A stretch of DNA of 48,427 nt. Origin: Basidiobolus meristosporus CBS 931.73 (lineage: Eukaryota > Fungi > Basidiobolomycota). Numbering within the stretch: position 1 is the stretch's first letter; each line of letters begins with the position of its first letter. The stretch spans positions 1-48,427 of the forward strand of contig MCFE01000665.1 of the NCBI GenBank assembly GCA_002104905.1, in the 5' to 3' direction. The position numbers and the translations under genes were made by a program. This document shows positions 1 to 12,119 of this stretch, one piece after another. The notes beneath the pieces are model-generated. The model was given only the letters and a program-made list of their open reading frames with translations, did no database searches and was not told the origin of the DNA.

Positions 1-14
1 AGATCTATACAAAG

Positions 15-125
15 CACTTACAGTGCCAGATAGTACCAGTGGACCAAGATAGTGCTATGCATTTTTGTGACATGTTACCAGCCACAGGAGCTAGATTTAG
101 AGTGCCATAGATATTGAGTACCAGA
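15..125. repeat. Short GTGCC/GTACC-motif repeats related to the MITE at 7999-8209
   Basis: cagtgccagatagtacc and gatagtgct resemble the agtgccagatggtgcc and gccagatagtgct motifs in the MITE. Cut off by the window start. Confidence 0.35.
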
Positions 126-369
126 TGCATATCTTCAATCCTTTTGTGCACTTACACATCCTGCACAATAATGATATAAAAAAAAAGGTCCAAAAATGAT
201 TCTCTCCAACATGATGGATGAAACACAGGGGCTACTTTACATGATGATGCAGAGCTATGTTTCACACTCTGTGGCCAATTATAGGTTCACTTGGCCCCTC
301 TGGCATATTATGGCATCAGTTGACACTCATGAATTAATGTGGCACTATTCAACAGAACAAGTCTAGGGT

Positions 370-1050
370 ATTACCCAGATATGCCTGGAGTGTGAACAAT
401 GTTATCCCCCAATGGTGGTGGATTCCTGTCAAGTTGGACACCTTGCAATGGAGGCATTTTCTGATGTGAACACCATCCAGCTGTTAGCACATGCTGGTAC
501 CAGCAAGGTCCCTGGGTCATATGTTGCCAGCCATGTGACAGTTTTCTATTTATTCCATGTACATGGGAAATTGCATCTGGGGATGATTTTGGCAAGAAGT
601 AGTAGTAAATCCTCAGAGCCCCCAATACTGATATTAGTGGAAACATGCCACTTCTCTAGCCACAACATCACATCATTCACCAGTAGATAGAACACTGGGC
701 TCACTTGACTCCATAAAGTATCCTTGGCATTTTTTGCAAGGGTGTTGTCTCATTGCATAATGGATTTTGCTTGGCTTATGCAGGGTACTGTTGTTGGGGA
801 AGATAGGCTCACAATCTATCAGTGAGCCTGCTTCTTCAAAGCTATCACTCTGCATGCCATATTGACAAGGCTGGGGTGAGCCTAAAGGTGTCACACACTC
901 ACCTGACTCAGTTTGCAGATGGGGACAAGTATGGCTAGATGCTATTTTAGAAGTATCAAGTGGCTGGCAAACTATTGTTGGTATAGTAGTAACTGGTGAC
1001 TCATAAAATATGACTTTTGTGGCAAAATGCTTGCCATAATCCCTGTAATA
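370..1050 (-). mobile_element. Degenerate CACTA/EnSpm (Tnp2-type) transposase fragment, inverted paralogue of 3890-4530
   Basis: ORFs 412-690(+) and 673-1053(-) are clearly homologous to 4196-4474(-) and 3902-4213(+). The minus strand reads WLATYDPGTLLVPACANSWMVFTSENASIARCPT, the same Cys-rich segment as the 4350 ORF. Confidence 0.7.
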
Positions 1051-1289
1051 CATCCTATGCTAGCTGTGTTCTGCATGGCTAAGAGGCTTGCTACAATAGC
1101 CACATGATCTTTTTTCTCTTACCATATGGTGTTGAATCAAAGTAGTCTTCTGAATGGGGCAAACTACTTGACACTCAACAATGTAATGCAGGTATATCAC
1201 TTTTTTGTCAATACTGATGTGAGTTTATGACAGTGTTTATTTGAGACATATAATAAATACTAGATTTGGCTATCATAGAATTAAAGGAA

Positions 1290-2800
1290 CCTACAGCCTT
1301 GTGAAAGCTGGTGCATGGTGGCTCAGAGCACCAAGAAATATTATTTTGATGATCCCACCAAAAGAGTGTAACAGATTCTAAGTTCTGTGACTAAGAGATA
1401 TTGATAGCATTAGGACACCATGCAAAGACCATCAAGAATCAATTAAACCCCAGATATCATAATAAACTCAGTCAAAATTTTTCATCACAACAATACAAAA
1501 GTGACTTTAGATTGATTCTCTGCCAATTCTCTCACTTTCTGATCCCAGACACTCTATCACCTCAAACATTTGTGTGCATTGATTGGCTATTGCCTCTTTT
1601 TCACACTCTTTGCTACCTGATTCAACAGCTTCTCTTATTTTTCATGCATGCAAATTGAGTTATTTCCATTGAAACTTCAGTTGTACCTCAAATGCCAAAT
1701 GTATAGACCTATACAAGTCCCTATACCCTTTACTAACATCAAGCCCAGCCCCACACTCAGCAAGTAACTACATTAAAATTCACCACTCAATAAGTACATC
1801 TGCTGTGATGCACTGTTTCCACAACTTTGGCAGGAACCCTATGGCTTTATGCCATTGATCAATCACTGGTTCCCCTAAATGCTGGTCTTCAGCCAGTAAT
1901 GCAAGGTCTAGCTCCTCATCTACCAGTCATTGCAACAAGTCATTGCAATATTCAAGTGCACTTTCTTAAGCATTGTTTTTGAAGAAGTGCTGTAACCGCT
2001 TGGTGTGCCTGTTAATGTTCCAAAATCTCACCAAAGGCATTATTATAACCTTTTGAGTTCTTGATGCTACTACTTTGTATGTCAGTGGGATCTCTACTCT
2101 GTCAACAATGGAGGACCTGGAGGCCATGGTAGACAACTTGCCTCTCTCTGCAAACTCATCTACCTCACTGGAGTGTAGCTCAGCTGGCTGTGCTTCCAAC
2201 TCTTGTGAAAGCAGCTGTTTTCTTGTTTGTATTTCTTCTTGGCTGTGGTGGGATTCTGTCTGTTCCAGGCTCACAGCATTAATTGGCAAGAACTGCAGCT
2301 TTTTTCTTATGCCTCCTTGCCTCTGGCTAGGGTTGACTTTTTCCCCTTTACCTTTTCCTTTATTACTGCCAGGGCTTTCACTGCTACTTTTTCTGAGTTT
2401 TTCTGCTACTGAGTACACTTTCTCATTGATAAATGCTGCTTTGATGCATCTGCTTTAGCCTGCTTGTCCCTTGCTGGCTCTCTGCAGAATACCCAACGCT
2501 TCTTTCCCACTTGTTTCAAGCTCTCAGCTCATGCTGTGACAGGCTCCTGAGGTGGTCACTTGGTTTTATCACTGCCAGGTCCGTCACTGCTACTTTGACT
2601 TAGTGCTTCTTCAGAGGAACTATGCTTTTTCCTTGGTTACTGTTGTGCTGGTGCATCTGTGTCTGCCAGCTTTTTCCTTATTAGCACTCTTCCAGCTACT
2701 TGATGCCTCTTTGACACTTGTTTGGAGCTTTTGGCCCTGCTTGTAACAGGCTCTTGTGGAGGCGGCTGGTTTTTAGCCATTACACCCTTGTTCTTCTGCC
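1290..2800 (-). repeat. Unclassified dispersed repeat family, copy A, with a decayed ORF and an internal ~200-bp tandem duplication (~2350-2780)
   Basis: The reverse complement aligns by eye to 11641-12116 and 12120-12852, and 2273-2530 aligns directly to 12873-13130. The duplicated unit translates PPQEPVT...KQV and SSS(D/E)(G/S)PGS(D/N)K twice. Confidence 0.7.
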
Positions 2801-3889
2801 TTTGATAGTTACTGTTGAAATATTGGACTATTTGGTATTGTTCAGCAGCTGAAAATTATTTGACATTTCTAGACTAGTCTTGGTCACTGTAGGACTTATT
2901 TGCAGCCGCAACTTTGCCAGTTTCTTCACATCTATGATCCTATGATTATTCCCCTACAGTGAGGATCAAATTAGCACCTTTTACCAAATATTATGTACTA
3001 ACCCTGAAACTGTTACAGAATGCTCCTGAATGTTAAGAAACCCTCTGTACTTAATGTTGCAGCTGTATTACTGCTGCAAAGGTATAAATACTGATCCTCT
3101 TTATAAATAAACAACAGCTCAACTATTATCACTATATCTTGATAAGTTCCTTATATCCAAATCCCTTCTTAAATTGCAACAGGTACTACTATTCATGCAA
3201 TACTGTCTTAGTATACCAATGCTTGCCCAAAAATCATCTGCTTGTTTGAGTCCATGATAATGCTCATGGAGCAAGTCATGTGCATTCTGCTTGGCCTTGA
3301 GTACCTGATGGTCCCATGGTTTACCAGCCTTAAGGTGCAGCCATGCTAAGCTTCTAATGGCCTGTTGAATATTAGCCCACTTTTTGTTGTTGTACTCAAT
3401 GGCTTCACAGATCTTCAATGTCTTTTGATTTTTGAGTTTTGGTATAAGCACTACATTTTCTCCCTCCCATGCTGTGATAGGTTTTCTGTGGGCTTTATCT
3501 TTGGGCACTGTTGTTGTGCTTCAAAGACTGTATGGTGTTTCTGTGCTGTTACATTGAGAAATGGCTCTATTCTTGGATGTGGCATTTAGCTTCTTGAGTT
3601 CCTTCTTTGCAGTAAAAATACTGCTTTCTCTACCTGGGATATTAATTACCCTACACATATTATCTGCAGATTCTATATCTGGACTTGCTTACTTGGCTGA
3701 GAGTGTGAGGGGTCTGCATTATTCCCTTCAGTGGGCACACTGTCCACAGGGCCTTTTTTGGTTGTAGCCCCACTTATGGCACTGAATGTCAAAGAAAGCT
3801 GTTGTCCAGCTGTTCTTCTGCTGCTGTCAGTGGTGGGGTTTGGTTGGTAATCAGATGACTTTGCTTTATTCTTTGGCAGCATATATTCA

Positions 3890-5130
3890 CTAGTCAGAAC
3901 TGTGCCAACAATATCTTGCCAGCCGCTGGATACTTCTATAATGGTATCTAACTGTACTTGTCACCTTGTGCAAACTGAGTCAGGAGAGTTTGTGACACCT
4001 TTAGGCTCACCCCAGCCTTGTCAATATGGCATCCAGAGTAATGGCTCCAAAGAAGCAGGCTCACTGATGGATTGTGAGCCTATTATCCCAACAACAGTAC
4101 CCTGCATGAGCCTGGCAAAGTCTCATTATGTAGTGAGACAACACCTGCTGAAAAAATGTCAAGGATACTTTATGGAATCAAGTAAGCCCAGTAATCTATG
4201 TATTGGTGAATGATGTGAAATTGTGGCTAGAGAAGTGGTGTGTTTCCACTAATATCAGTACTGGGGGCTTTGAGGATTTGCTACTACTTCTTGCCAAAAT
4301 CATCCTGAGATGCAACTTACCATATACATAGTATAAATGGAAAACCATTATGTGGCTGGCAGCAAATGACCCAGAGACCATCCAGGCTCCAGCATGTGCT
4401 AACAGTTGTATGGCATTCATGTCAGAAAATGCCTCCATTGTAAGGTGTTCAACTTTACAAGAATCCACAACCATTGAGGGAAGATATTGCTCACACTCTG
4501 GTTATATTCTGGGAATATCACATATCAAGAAACTCATGCAGTCCAACAAATATTGTGAAGCTATAAAATACCGCACTCAGTACCAATCAAGAGCAAAGAT
4601 ATCAGATATAGCTGATGGTAAATATTACAGACAGCTAAGAAACAAGGGCTACTTTGAAGGTATGTATAACCATGCCTTTGCCTTGCCGCTTGATGGATTC
4701 TCATTAAACAGTGTTCTACCAGCAAATCCTGCTGACCACTGATTCTCATAAGCCTGAATCTGCCACCTATCTTGCAATACAAGAGCCAAGATCTGATGGT
4801 AGTCTTGCTGGTATCTGGGCCTAAATCTCTGTCCAACCTGGATAGCAATCTGTATCCATTGCTGTATGAATTTGTATGCTTTCCAGCAGGATAACAATAA
4901 ATGGCTTTTATGTAAAAGCACATATTATTATCTGCATTGGAGATACCCCAGCTGTCAGCAAAATAACTGGTTTTTCTGGGCACAATGGACAGAACTGCTG
5001 TCAAATGTGTGGGATCCAGGTGACTTACTCCATAACTCACACACATTATTATTATCCAAACACCAACACTAAGAACATCATCTTTCTACAGAGAGAATGT
5101 ACAGAAGTCAGCATGCAATTGTAGCAATAT
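3890..5130 (+). pseudogene. CACTA/EnSpm-like Tnp2 (Transposase_21-type) transposase, fragmented
   Basis: Motifs CANSCMAF..RC, YR...SDIADGKYY..L, FAL.LDGF, LNLPP..VVLLVSGPKSLSNL and CIGDTPAVSKITGFSGHNGQNCCQMC in successive broken frames match remembered Tnp2 family motifs. Multiple stops. Confidence 0.8.
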
Positions 5131-5863
5131 TGGCAAGCTATAAGCAATTAACCCAAATATGTAATTAATTGGAAACCAGTAATACTTAAGATAGAGGGTA
5201 TCTGTTGGAGCAAAAGCTTTCCACTGGGAGCAACACACTTGCTTTCAACAATATCTCTATACTGATAACTAAGTTGTACATGGGAGATTACAAGTTAAAT
5301 GAGCTGTTGTAACAAAAAGTATTCAGTTACTTCATACCTCAAAACCAATATTGCACTCATTTCTTTTTTTGCCTTTTGCTATTGTGACACACAAGTGAAT
5401 TTTGAAGCAGTACTTAACAAGTTATGATCATAAGAGTCCAATTATCATATATACTAGGCCTCTATTGCTAGGATTACTATGGTGATTTCAAATGCATGTA
5501 ACTTTCAAACCAGCCAATCAAATCATGTGAAATTTTCACTGATGCTGCACCTATGTCTGATCAGTGCCACTGCAAGATATTAGCTTTGTAACACATGTAT
5601 TGCTTGCGCAATTGCCCAAAAGCTTTGATCCTTCAGAGTTTTCATATATATGACTTCCCCAGCTGAAAAATTATGGAGAGCCTCTCTTTCCAGAATTTCC
5701 ACTCTACAATCACAAATTTAAAGGTTATAAGACTTCCCCTTCATCACTTGCACTGCTGTGTATTCTGACTTTGATTGGTACTACATCAGTAAAGAGACTG
5801 CAAAACTTACAAGAATCCAAACTTAGTTCTACAAGAAAACTACCACTTTTCTGTTGGAAAAGT

Positions 5864-6005
5864 CCCCTCTAAGAAACCCCTTTACTCTAAAGACACCCCT
5901 TTAGTCACCCCTTTAGTGTAAAGTCTGCTTTAGAGACCACTACAAGAAGCCCCTTTAGACACCCCATTAGAGACTTCTACACCATACCCCTTTAGGTTAA
6001 AGGGG
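5864..6005. repeat. Array of ~7 degenerate CCCCTTTAG motifs ending in a hairpin; possible subterminal repeats of the CACTA element
   Basis: cccctctaag, cccctttact, cccctttagt (x2), cccctttaga, ccccattaga, cccctttagg. ccccttta-ggt-taaagggg at 5987-6005 is a perfect 8-bp stem. Confidence 0.55.
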
Positions 6006-6429
6006 TGCTCAGCAACTCCATATTAGGTAATATTTTTGCAGAAAGGAAAGTGCCTCCCATATAATGAAAAGTTACTGTGAAAGTAAAAACCAATAGTCAA
6101 CAAAAGGTCAGAACACTGCTGTAGAAGTGAGAAACACTGCCTATACTATCTTTTGAGCCTAAGATTGAGGATATTAGTGAAAGTTATATCAACTATTGGT
6201 ACATCAAGCTCACAATAAACTATTTCTGTATTAGCATGCTGGAAGCTGTTGTATATTGTTGATTAGCCTCTACATTGTAGAACAAGCTCTAAACTAATCA
6301 TAATACAACACAACAGAGCCCTTTGAGATACTGGAGAAACTTGAAAGAATTGGCAAGATACTACAGAGTATCTGCTACCCCAAGTATCTCTCTCAGGCTC
6401 CAGCCAACATTCATACACATATGCAGCAA

Positions 6430-6796
6430 TGTTGCAAGTCTTAGTATAAGAGTGGTAGAGGACTAGGGAGTTTAGCTAGTATTGCATTCACTAAAACTTG
6501 AACTGATTTTTATTGAGGTTCCAGCAGCTCTATTTACATCTTGCCAGATCAATTGCTGACTAAATGTATATCCTAATGTTGGCTGCAGCTGATGACTCAT
6601 TTGATTGCATCATCATCACCCAATAAGATGCTACTTAACATATCTATATCTGTCTGATAAGGATCTGGTGACTCATTTGCTGACTAATGCTACGGATTTG
6701 ATAGATAATACTGATACACAGATAGGCTAAGCATAAAACTGATTGATTTGACTAAAAATTGATCTAACTTGAACACTCAAGTGGTAGATCATAACA
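6430..6796 (-). repeat. 3' LTR of the left Ty3/gypsy element (~367 bp)
   Basis: On the minus strand the integrase stop is followed by a purine tract (aagtaggagagaa), then TGTTATG...AATAAA...TGCAACA, giving TG..CA termini with a TGTT/AACA inverted repeat. Confidence 0.6.
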
Positions 6797-7998
6797 TTCT
6801 CTCCTACTTAAGTTGAGATGGTTCTCCTGAGTCTCTTTTCTTGTGATAACAATACCTTGATGGTTCAGTATTATCAGCAAGTCTTGCAAGCTTGAGTCTG
6901 TCCCTATGCACTAAGTCTTCCTGGATATTGCCTTGTTTGTCCACTAGTTGGTCAGTCTCAACTGGACATTCAGGTGATCTTGATTGGTGCTGTCCATTGT
7001 GGCTCAAACCTCTTCCAAGTGTTGTTTCTTAGCAATACAAAGTCCCCAACTGTCAATGCTTCTGGTGCTATAGTCTTATCAAATGTCTGCTTCATCTTTT
7101 CTGCACTTTGAGATACTTTGGTCTGTGCCTCTTGATATCTTTGTTTCAGCTGCTGGTGTCTACTTGGCAGACTGAGTTCATCTTTTATGGTGTCTGTAAA
7201 CTTTGGTTGTGTGAGATCTCCTAGAATTCTTAGCTCACATCCATATGTTAAGTAAAATGGCAATTGTTGGGTGGTGCTAGGTACTCTGACTCTGTATGTG
7301 AAGAGTGCTGGTCTATATACTCATCCCATCTACTGATAATCCATTTGCATACTTGGTCAGCATTCTTCCAAGTAGTCCATTAAACCATTCAGTGACTCCA
7401 TTAGCTCTGGGGTGATATGCCAAGGTTTTCAAGTGCATGGTCTGCTGCATTTCCAGGTAAGCTTCCACTGTCTTTGCCATAAAGTTTGCACCTCTATCAG
7501 ATAGATTCTCTACAGGGTATCCAAACTTCATAAGGATCTCATAGTAGATGAAACTTGCAACTTCTTGTTCACTGGCTCTAGGTACAGCTTTAGCAACTGA
7601 CCATTTGGTGACATGGTCAAATGCTCTTAGGATCCAATGGTTGCATTTCCTGGTAGTTGGCTGTCTTCCAATAAAGTCAATTCCCCATCTTTTAAATGAT
7701 CTTACTGGCTCAAAGGGAAAGAGTTTGGCAACTCCTTATGGCTGGCCTTGATTAATTTGGCAGTTTGGGCAGGTTTCACTAGCTTCTCAACATCTTGTTG
7801 CATTCTGGGCCACTATGCTCTGGCTGTTACAAGGCTATAGGCTCCTTGAGCTCCAAGATGTCCATATCCATTATGTAGCTTATGTATTGAATCCAGACAA
7901 GCAACATAAGGGCAGTAGGCAATAGGGCCTCCATCAACAATTTGGTAGAGTGTTTCATCCTGTGCTACAAATTTGCTGGCTTCATTCTGGATTATATT

Positions 7999-8209
7999 GG
8001 ACTTGTTCCATCATTCCAGCTGATCATAGTGCCCAATAGTGCCATAGCATGCCGGATGGTGCCTGATCATGCCACAGAGTGCCAGATGGTGCCATACAGT
8101 GCCAATTTGGGATCAAAATTGACATGCATATGACCCTAAAATACCAAATTAATAACAAAATATACAGCACTATCTGGCACTATGATCAATGGCACAATGG
8201 AACAAGTCG
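7999..8209. mobile_element. 211-bp MITE with ~40-bp imperfect TIRs and a 3-bp ATT target-site duplication, inserted in gypsy pol
   Basis: gacttgttccat (8000-8011) and atggaacaagtc (8197-8208) are a perfect inverted repeat, with an inner tgatcatagtgcc inverted match. ATT lies at 7996-7998 and 8210-8212. Removing the element and one ATT restores the host frame EDIKNIIQNEASK. Confidence 0.82.
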
Positions 8210-9489
8210 ATTCTTGATATCTTCATCCATCTCATTGGGAATGGCTTAGTCCTCCAAGTACTTTTGTAATAGGCTAGGTCAATCTGATTCATGCACCAAG
8301 TTGTGTTGTGCAACTTGTTCTAATCTTGATAAGGCATCAGCTACCACGTTGTTTTTCCCAGGGTAATAGACAATCTCCAAATCAAGTTGCTGAATGTATT
8401 CACTCCATCAAGTCATTCTTCTAGAGAGTACCTCCAAGTGAATATATACTTGAGGGAGGCATGATCAGTCTTTATAGTGCATTTGACTCCTTCAATAGAG
8501 CATCTCCATATCTTCAAGCAGTGTATTATAGCAAGCATCTCCTTCTCATGCACTGGATAGTTTTGTTCTGCTGAGTTCAGTTTCTTAGATTCAAAGGCAA
8601 CTGGGTAGTCCTTTCCCTCATGTTCTTGGCTCAGCACTCCACCAATTGCATAGTCTGAAGCATCTGTGCACACAGTAAACTCTTTGCTGTAGTCTGGGAT
8701 TCATAAGCTTGGTAGTGTAGCAAGTTCATTCTTGAGCAACTGAAAGGCAGTCTCACAAGCTATGTCCCACTTGTAGGTATTGTTTTTGTTAAGGATATCA
8801 GTTAAAGAGGCTGCAATACTTGTAAAGGACTTGACAAATCTCCAATAATAGGAGACCATTCCAAGGAATGATCTGAGTTCTGCTATGCTATGAGGCTGCT
8901 TCACATTCTTGATAACTTCAACCCTATTAGGGTCTAAGGTTACTCCTGTGCTAGTCACTATGTGTCCCAGATATTCAACATGCTCCTTGAAGAATTCACA
9001 CTTGGGTAGCTTGCCATAAAGCTTGTTCTCTCTTAGCTTCTTCAAGACCTTTTGATGTGTACTAAGTAATCCTCTTCTGTCTTGCTCTATATCAATATAT
9101 CATCTAGGTAGATTATCAGAAACTTGTCTAAGTACTCCTGGAAGACAGTCTGCATCAGGGTCATGAATGTTGCAGGGGCATTGGTGAGGCCAAAACTCAA
9201 GACTAAGTACTTGTTGTGTCCATATCTAGTCCTGAATGCTGACTTAGGGATGTCTTCTGGCTTCACCCTAGTCTGGTTGTATGCAGACATGAGGCCAATC
9301 TTGCTGAATATAGTGGTTCCAGTGAGTTGGTCCAAAAGCTCATCAATCCATGATATGAGGTACTTATTCTTCACAGTAACTGAGTTGAGGGCTCTCTAGT
9401 CAATGCACATCCTAAGTGTTTCATCCTTCTTCTTCACAAAAAGTACTGGTGCTCCCCAAAGTGACTTGCTGGGTCTGGTATATCCTTGG

Positions 9490-9902
9490 TCCCATGACAA
9501 TATCAAAGGCCTCTTTCTTGTAGCAGCATCTTCATTTTCACCTTCCACACTTGGTAGTTAGATCCATCCAACTTTTCAGCCAAGGGAAAAATTCCAGTAA
9601 TAACAGTAGTAGACATTGCAGAGAGTGACAGCTTGGGGCTCATGGCCTGTTGTAAGAGTCTTGGAGATATTGGAAGTGATTGGGAGAACAAGTAGATTAT
9701 GTGGTTTTCACTTAATGATTTAAAGAATGTAAAAGTAGTATTTGTACTTTTACATGGTCCTGGCATAAAAAACACATAAAATAGGTTAAGGAAGGTCCCA
9801 AGAGCATGTGTGCAAGGTTTGGGGCTGTTTGGACAACTTTGAGAATTTTCATGTTCTGGGTACCTGGCATTTTGGTGAAAATATTCAAAGCAAATCCCAA
9901 CA
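9490..9902 (-). mobile_element. Copia-type 5' end: ~255-bp LTR (9648-9902), PBS (9636-9647) and first ~45 codons of gag
   Basis: The minus strand reads TGTTGGG...TACAACA, then GGCCATGAGCCC (a variant of the Copia GGTTATG(A/G)GCCC PBS), then MSTTVITGIFPLAEKLDGSNYQVWKVKMKMLLQERGL, typical of a Copia gag N-terminus. Confidence 0.72.
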
Positions 9903-10013
9903 AGGAATTTGGTCAGTATTCTCTAGGATATGAAGGTAATGATCTAACTGACTAAGTTATGTGAAAATTTAGGTGGAAATACCAGTTTTTGCAACAAATA
10001 CTTTGTGACTTGA

Positions 10014-11640
10014 CTCCATTTGAAGCATGGTATGTGTACAGACCAAGTGCAGAACATCTAAGAATATTTGGGTGTACAGCATATGCCAAGAAATGGCCTA
10101 GAAATCAGTCAAAATTTGAGCCATAGAGTGTAAAATGCATATTTTTGGGCTACTGCAATAAGAGCAAAGAATACAGACTCTACAATACCAAAGCAAAGAA
10201 GCCAATCAAATCCAGGGATGTGCTTTTTGATGAAAATTCAAAATTTTCACAAATAATGACATCAGTTGATGACAAAAATTGATCTCAAGTCCACAAATTG
10301 TCAGGATAGAATCAGAGCAAAACAATGAAGATATTTTCACTTCAGAGGACTCTACAACCATGGTTCAGCCTGAAACAGTGCCCAGGAATATCCCTGAAGT
10401 GATCTTTCCAGTATCAAATGCCTGGAGATCCAATTGGACAAGAAATAGCCCAAATACTATATCAATGAGGGTACAAACTTAGCCTATGCCTATTCAGTCC
10501 ATATTGATGAACCCCACACTGTAAAAGAGGCCCTAAATAGCCCTCAGACAAAGTTTTGGAGATCTGCAATGACTGAGGAATATCAGGCCCTGATGGAAAA
10601 TCAAACTTGGGACTTGGTCAAATTACCAATCAACCAGAAATCAATTGGATGCAGATGGGCCTTTAAGACTAAGTACAAGGCTGATGTAAAAACTGCATTT
10701 TTGAATGGAGAACTTGATGAGGACGTGTATATGGACCAGCCTGATGGGTTTGTTGACCAAGATAACCCCCATTTGGTCTGCAAGCTTAAAAAATCTCTAT
10801 ATGGTCTCAAACAGATACCAAGAGCCTGGAATTGCAAGATAGATTCTTAATTGGAATCTTTGAGTTTCATAAGGAGTAATGCTGACTGTAGTATATACTA
10901 TAAGCCAGATAGAGCAAATCCAGCTCTATTAGCTCTAAAAGTGGATGATCTTATCATAGCTGCCAATAACCTAGAAACATTGGAAGAGACTAAATCCAGC
11001 CTATTTAAGGAGTTCAAGATGTCTGAACTAGGAGAACTCAGTTGCTACTTAGGGATTAAGTTCTCCATAGACAGATGTACCCAGACTATTACCCTAAGCC
11101 AACCCAAGTATATTCAAGATATACTAAAGGAGTACCAAATGGAAGACTGTAAGCTGGCAGCTACCCCAATGAAGACAAATCTTAACTTAATGAAAACTCT
11201 ACCAAATCAAGAGAGCTTGGTGCCATCTGAAAGCCCTGATTTTCTTTATCAACCTATGGTTGGCAGTCTGATGTATATCACACTTGGAACACATCCAGAT
11301 ATCTCTTATTCAGTGGGAGTTGTTAGCCAACATAATTTGAACTATGGATCTGATCATATTGCAGCAGTTAAGAGGATTTATAGATACCCAAAAGGAACTG
11401 CTGATATCTGCTTAAGATACACTTATAAGGATTCAGAACAGGATCTTGTGGGATACTCTGATGCCAATTGGGGACAAAACTTGGAAGACAGAAGATCCAC
11501 CACAAGATACACCTTTCTTTACTGTAAAGGAGCAATTTTATGGAACTCAAGAAAGCAACCAACCATAACACTTTCTACCACAGAGGCAGAGTATATGGCA
11601 GCCTGTGAAGCTACAACAGAAGTAATGTGGTTACAGCAGA
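10014..11640 (+). mobile_element. Degenerate Ty1/Copia pol fragment (integrase C-terminus, RT, RNase H)
   Basis: [99 protein letters not shown] and STTEAEYMA. The catalytic YVDD appears as KVDD. Truncated at 11640. Confidence 0.92.
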
Positions 11641-12116
11641 AATACTTATTGAGTGGGGGATTTTAATGGAGTTACTTGTTGAGTGTGGGGTTGGGCTTAT
11701 TGTTAGTGTAGGGTATAGGGACTAGTATAGGTCAATGCAATTGGCAATTCAGGTACAACTGAAGTTTCAATGGAAATAAATCAGTTTGTAAGCATGAAAA
11801 GTAAGAGAAACCTTTGAGTCAGGAAGTAAGGAGTGTGAAAGAGAGGCAATAGCCAATCAATATACACAGATGTAGGAGGTGATTGAGTTTCTGGGATCAG
11901 AAAGTGAGATAATTGGCAGAGAACCAAGTAAAAGCCACTCATGTATTGTTGTGATGAAATATTTTTTGAAAGTTTTTGTGAAATCTGGAGTGCAATTTTT
12001 TTGAATGGTTATTGTAATGTGTCCTGACCGGATCAATACCTCTTAGTCATTGGATCTAAATATTGAGACAGTCTTCTGACAGGTTCATCACATTTGTTTT
12101 TCATGGGGTATAGTGG
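11641..12116 (+). repeat. Unclassified repeat family, copy B (5'-truncated)
   Basis: About 80% similar by eye to the reverse complement of ~1330-1797. Abuts the truncated Copia RNase H. Ends ...tttcatggggtatagtg. Confidence 0.75.
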
Positions 12117-12119
12117 CAA

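Larger units (their letters stand above)
6430..9490 (-). mobile_element. Degenerate Ty3/gypsy LTR retrotransposon (RT-RNaseH-integrase, 3' LTR); 5' half missing
   Basis: WGAPVLFVKKKD..LRMCID, FGLTNAPATF, YLDD, CTDASDYAIGGVLSQ...NYPVHEKEMLAI, HGHLG-like HNGYGHLG, SDRGANF, AYHPRANG and VHRDRLK occur in gypsy order with many stops and frameshifts. Confidence 0.92.

Noticed and set aside
3119-3508. 129-aa minus-strand ORF between repeat A and the transposase
   Set aside because: No recognisable motif and embedded in CpG-void TE debris. Cannot be supported as a gene.
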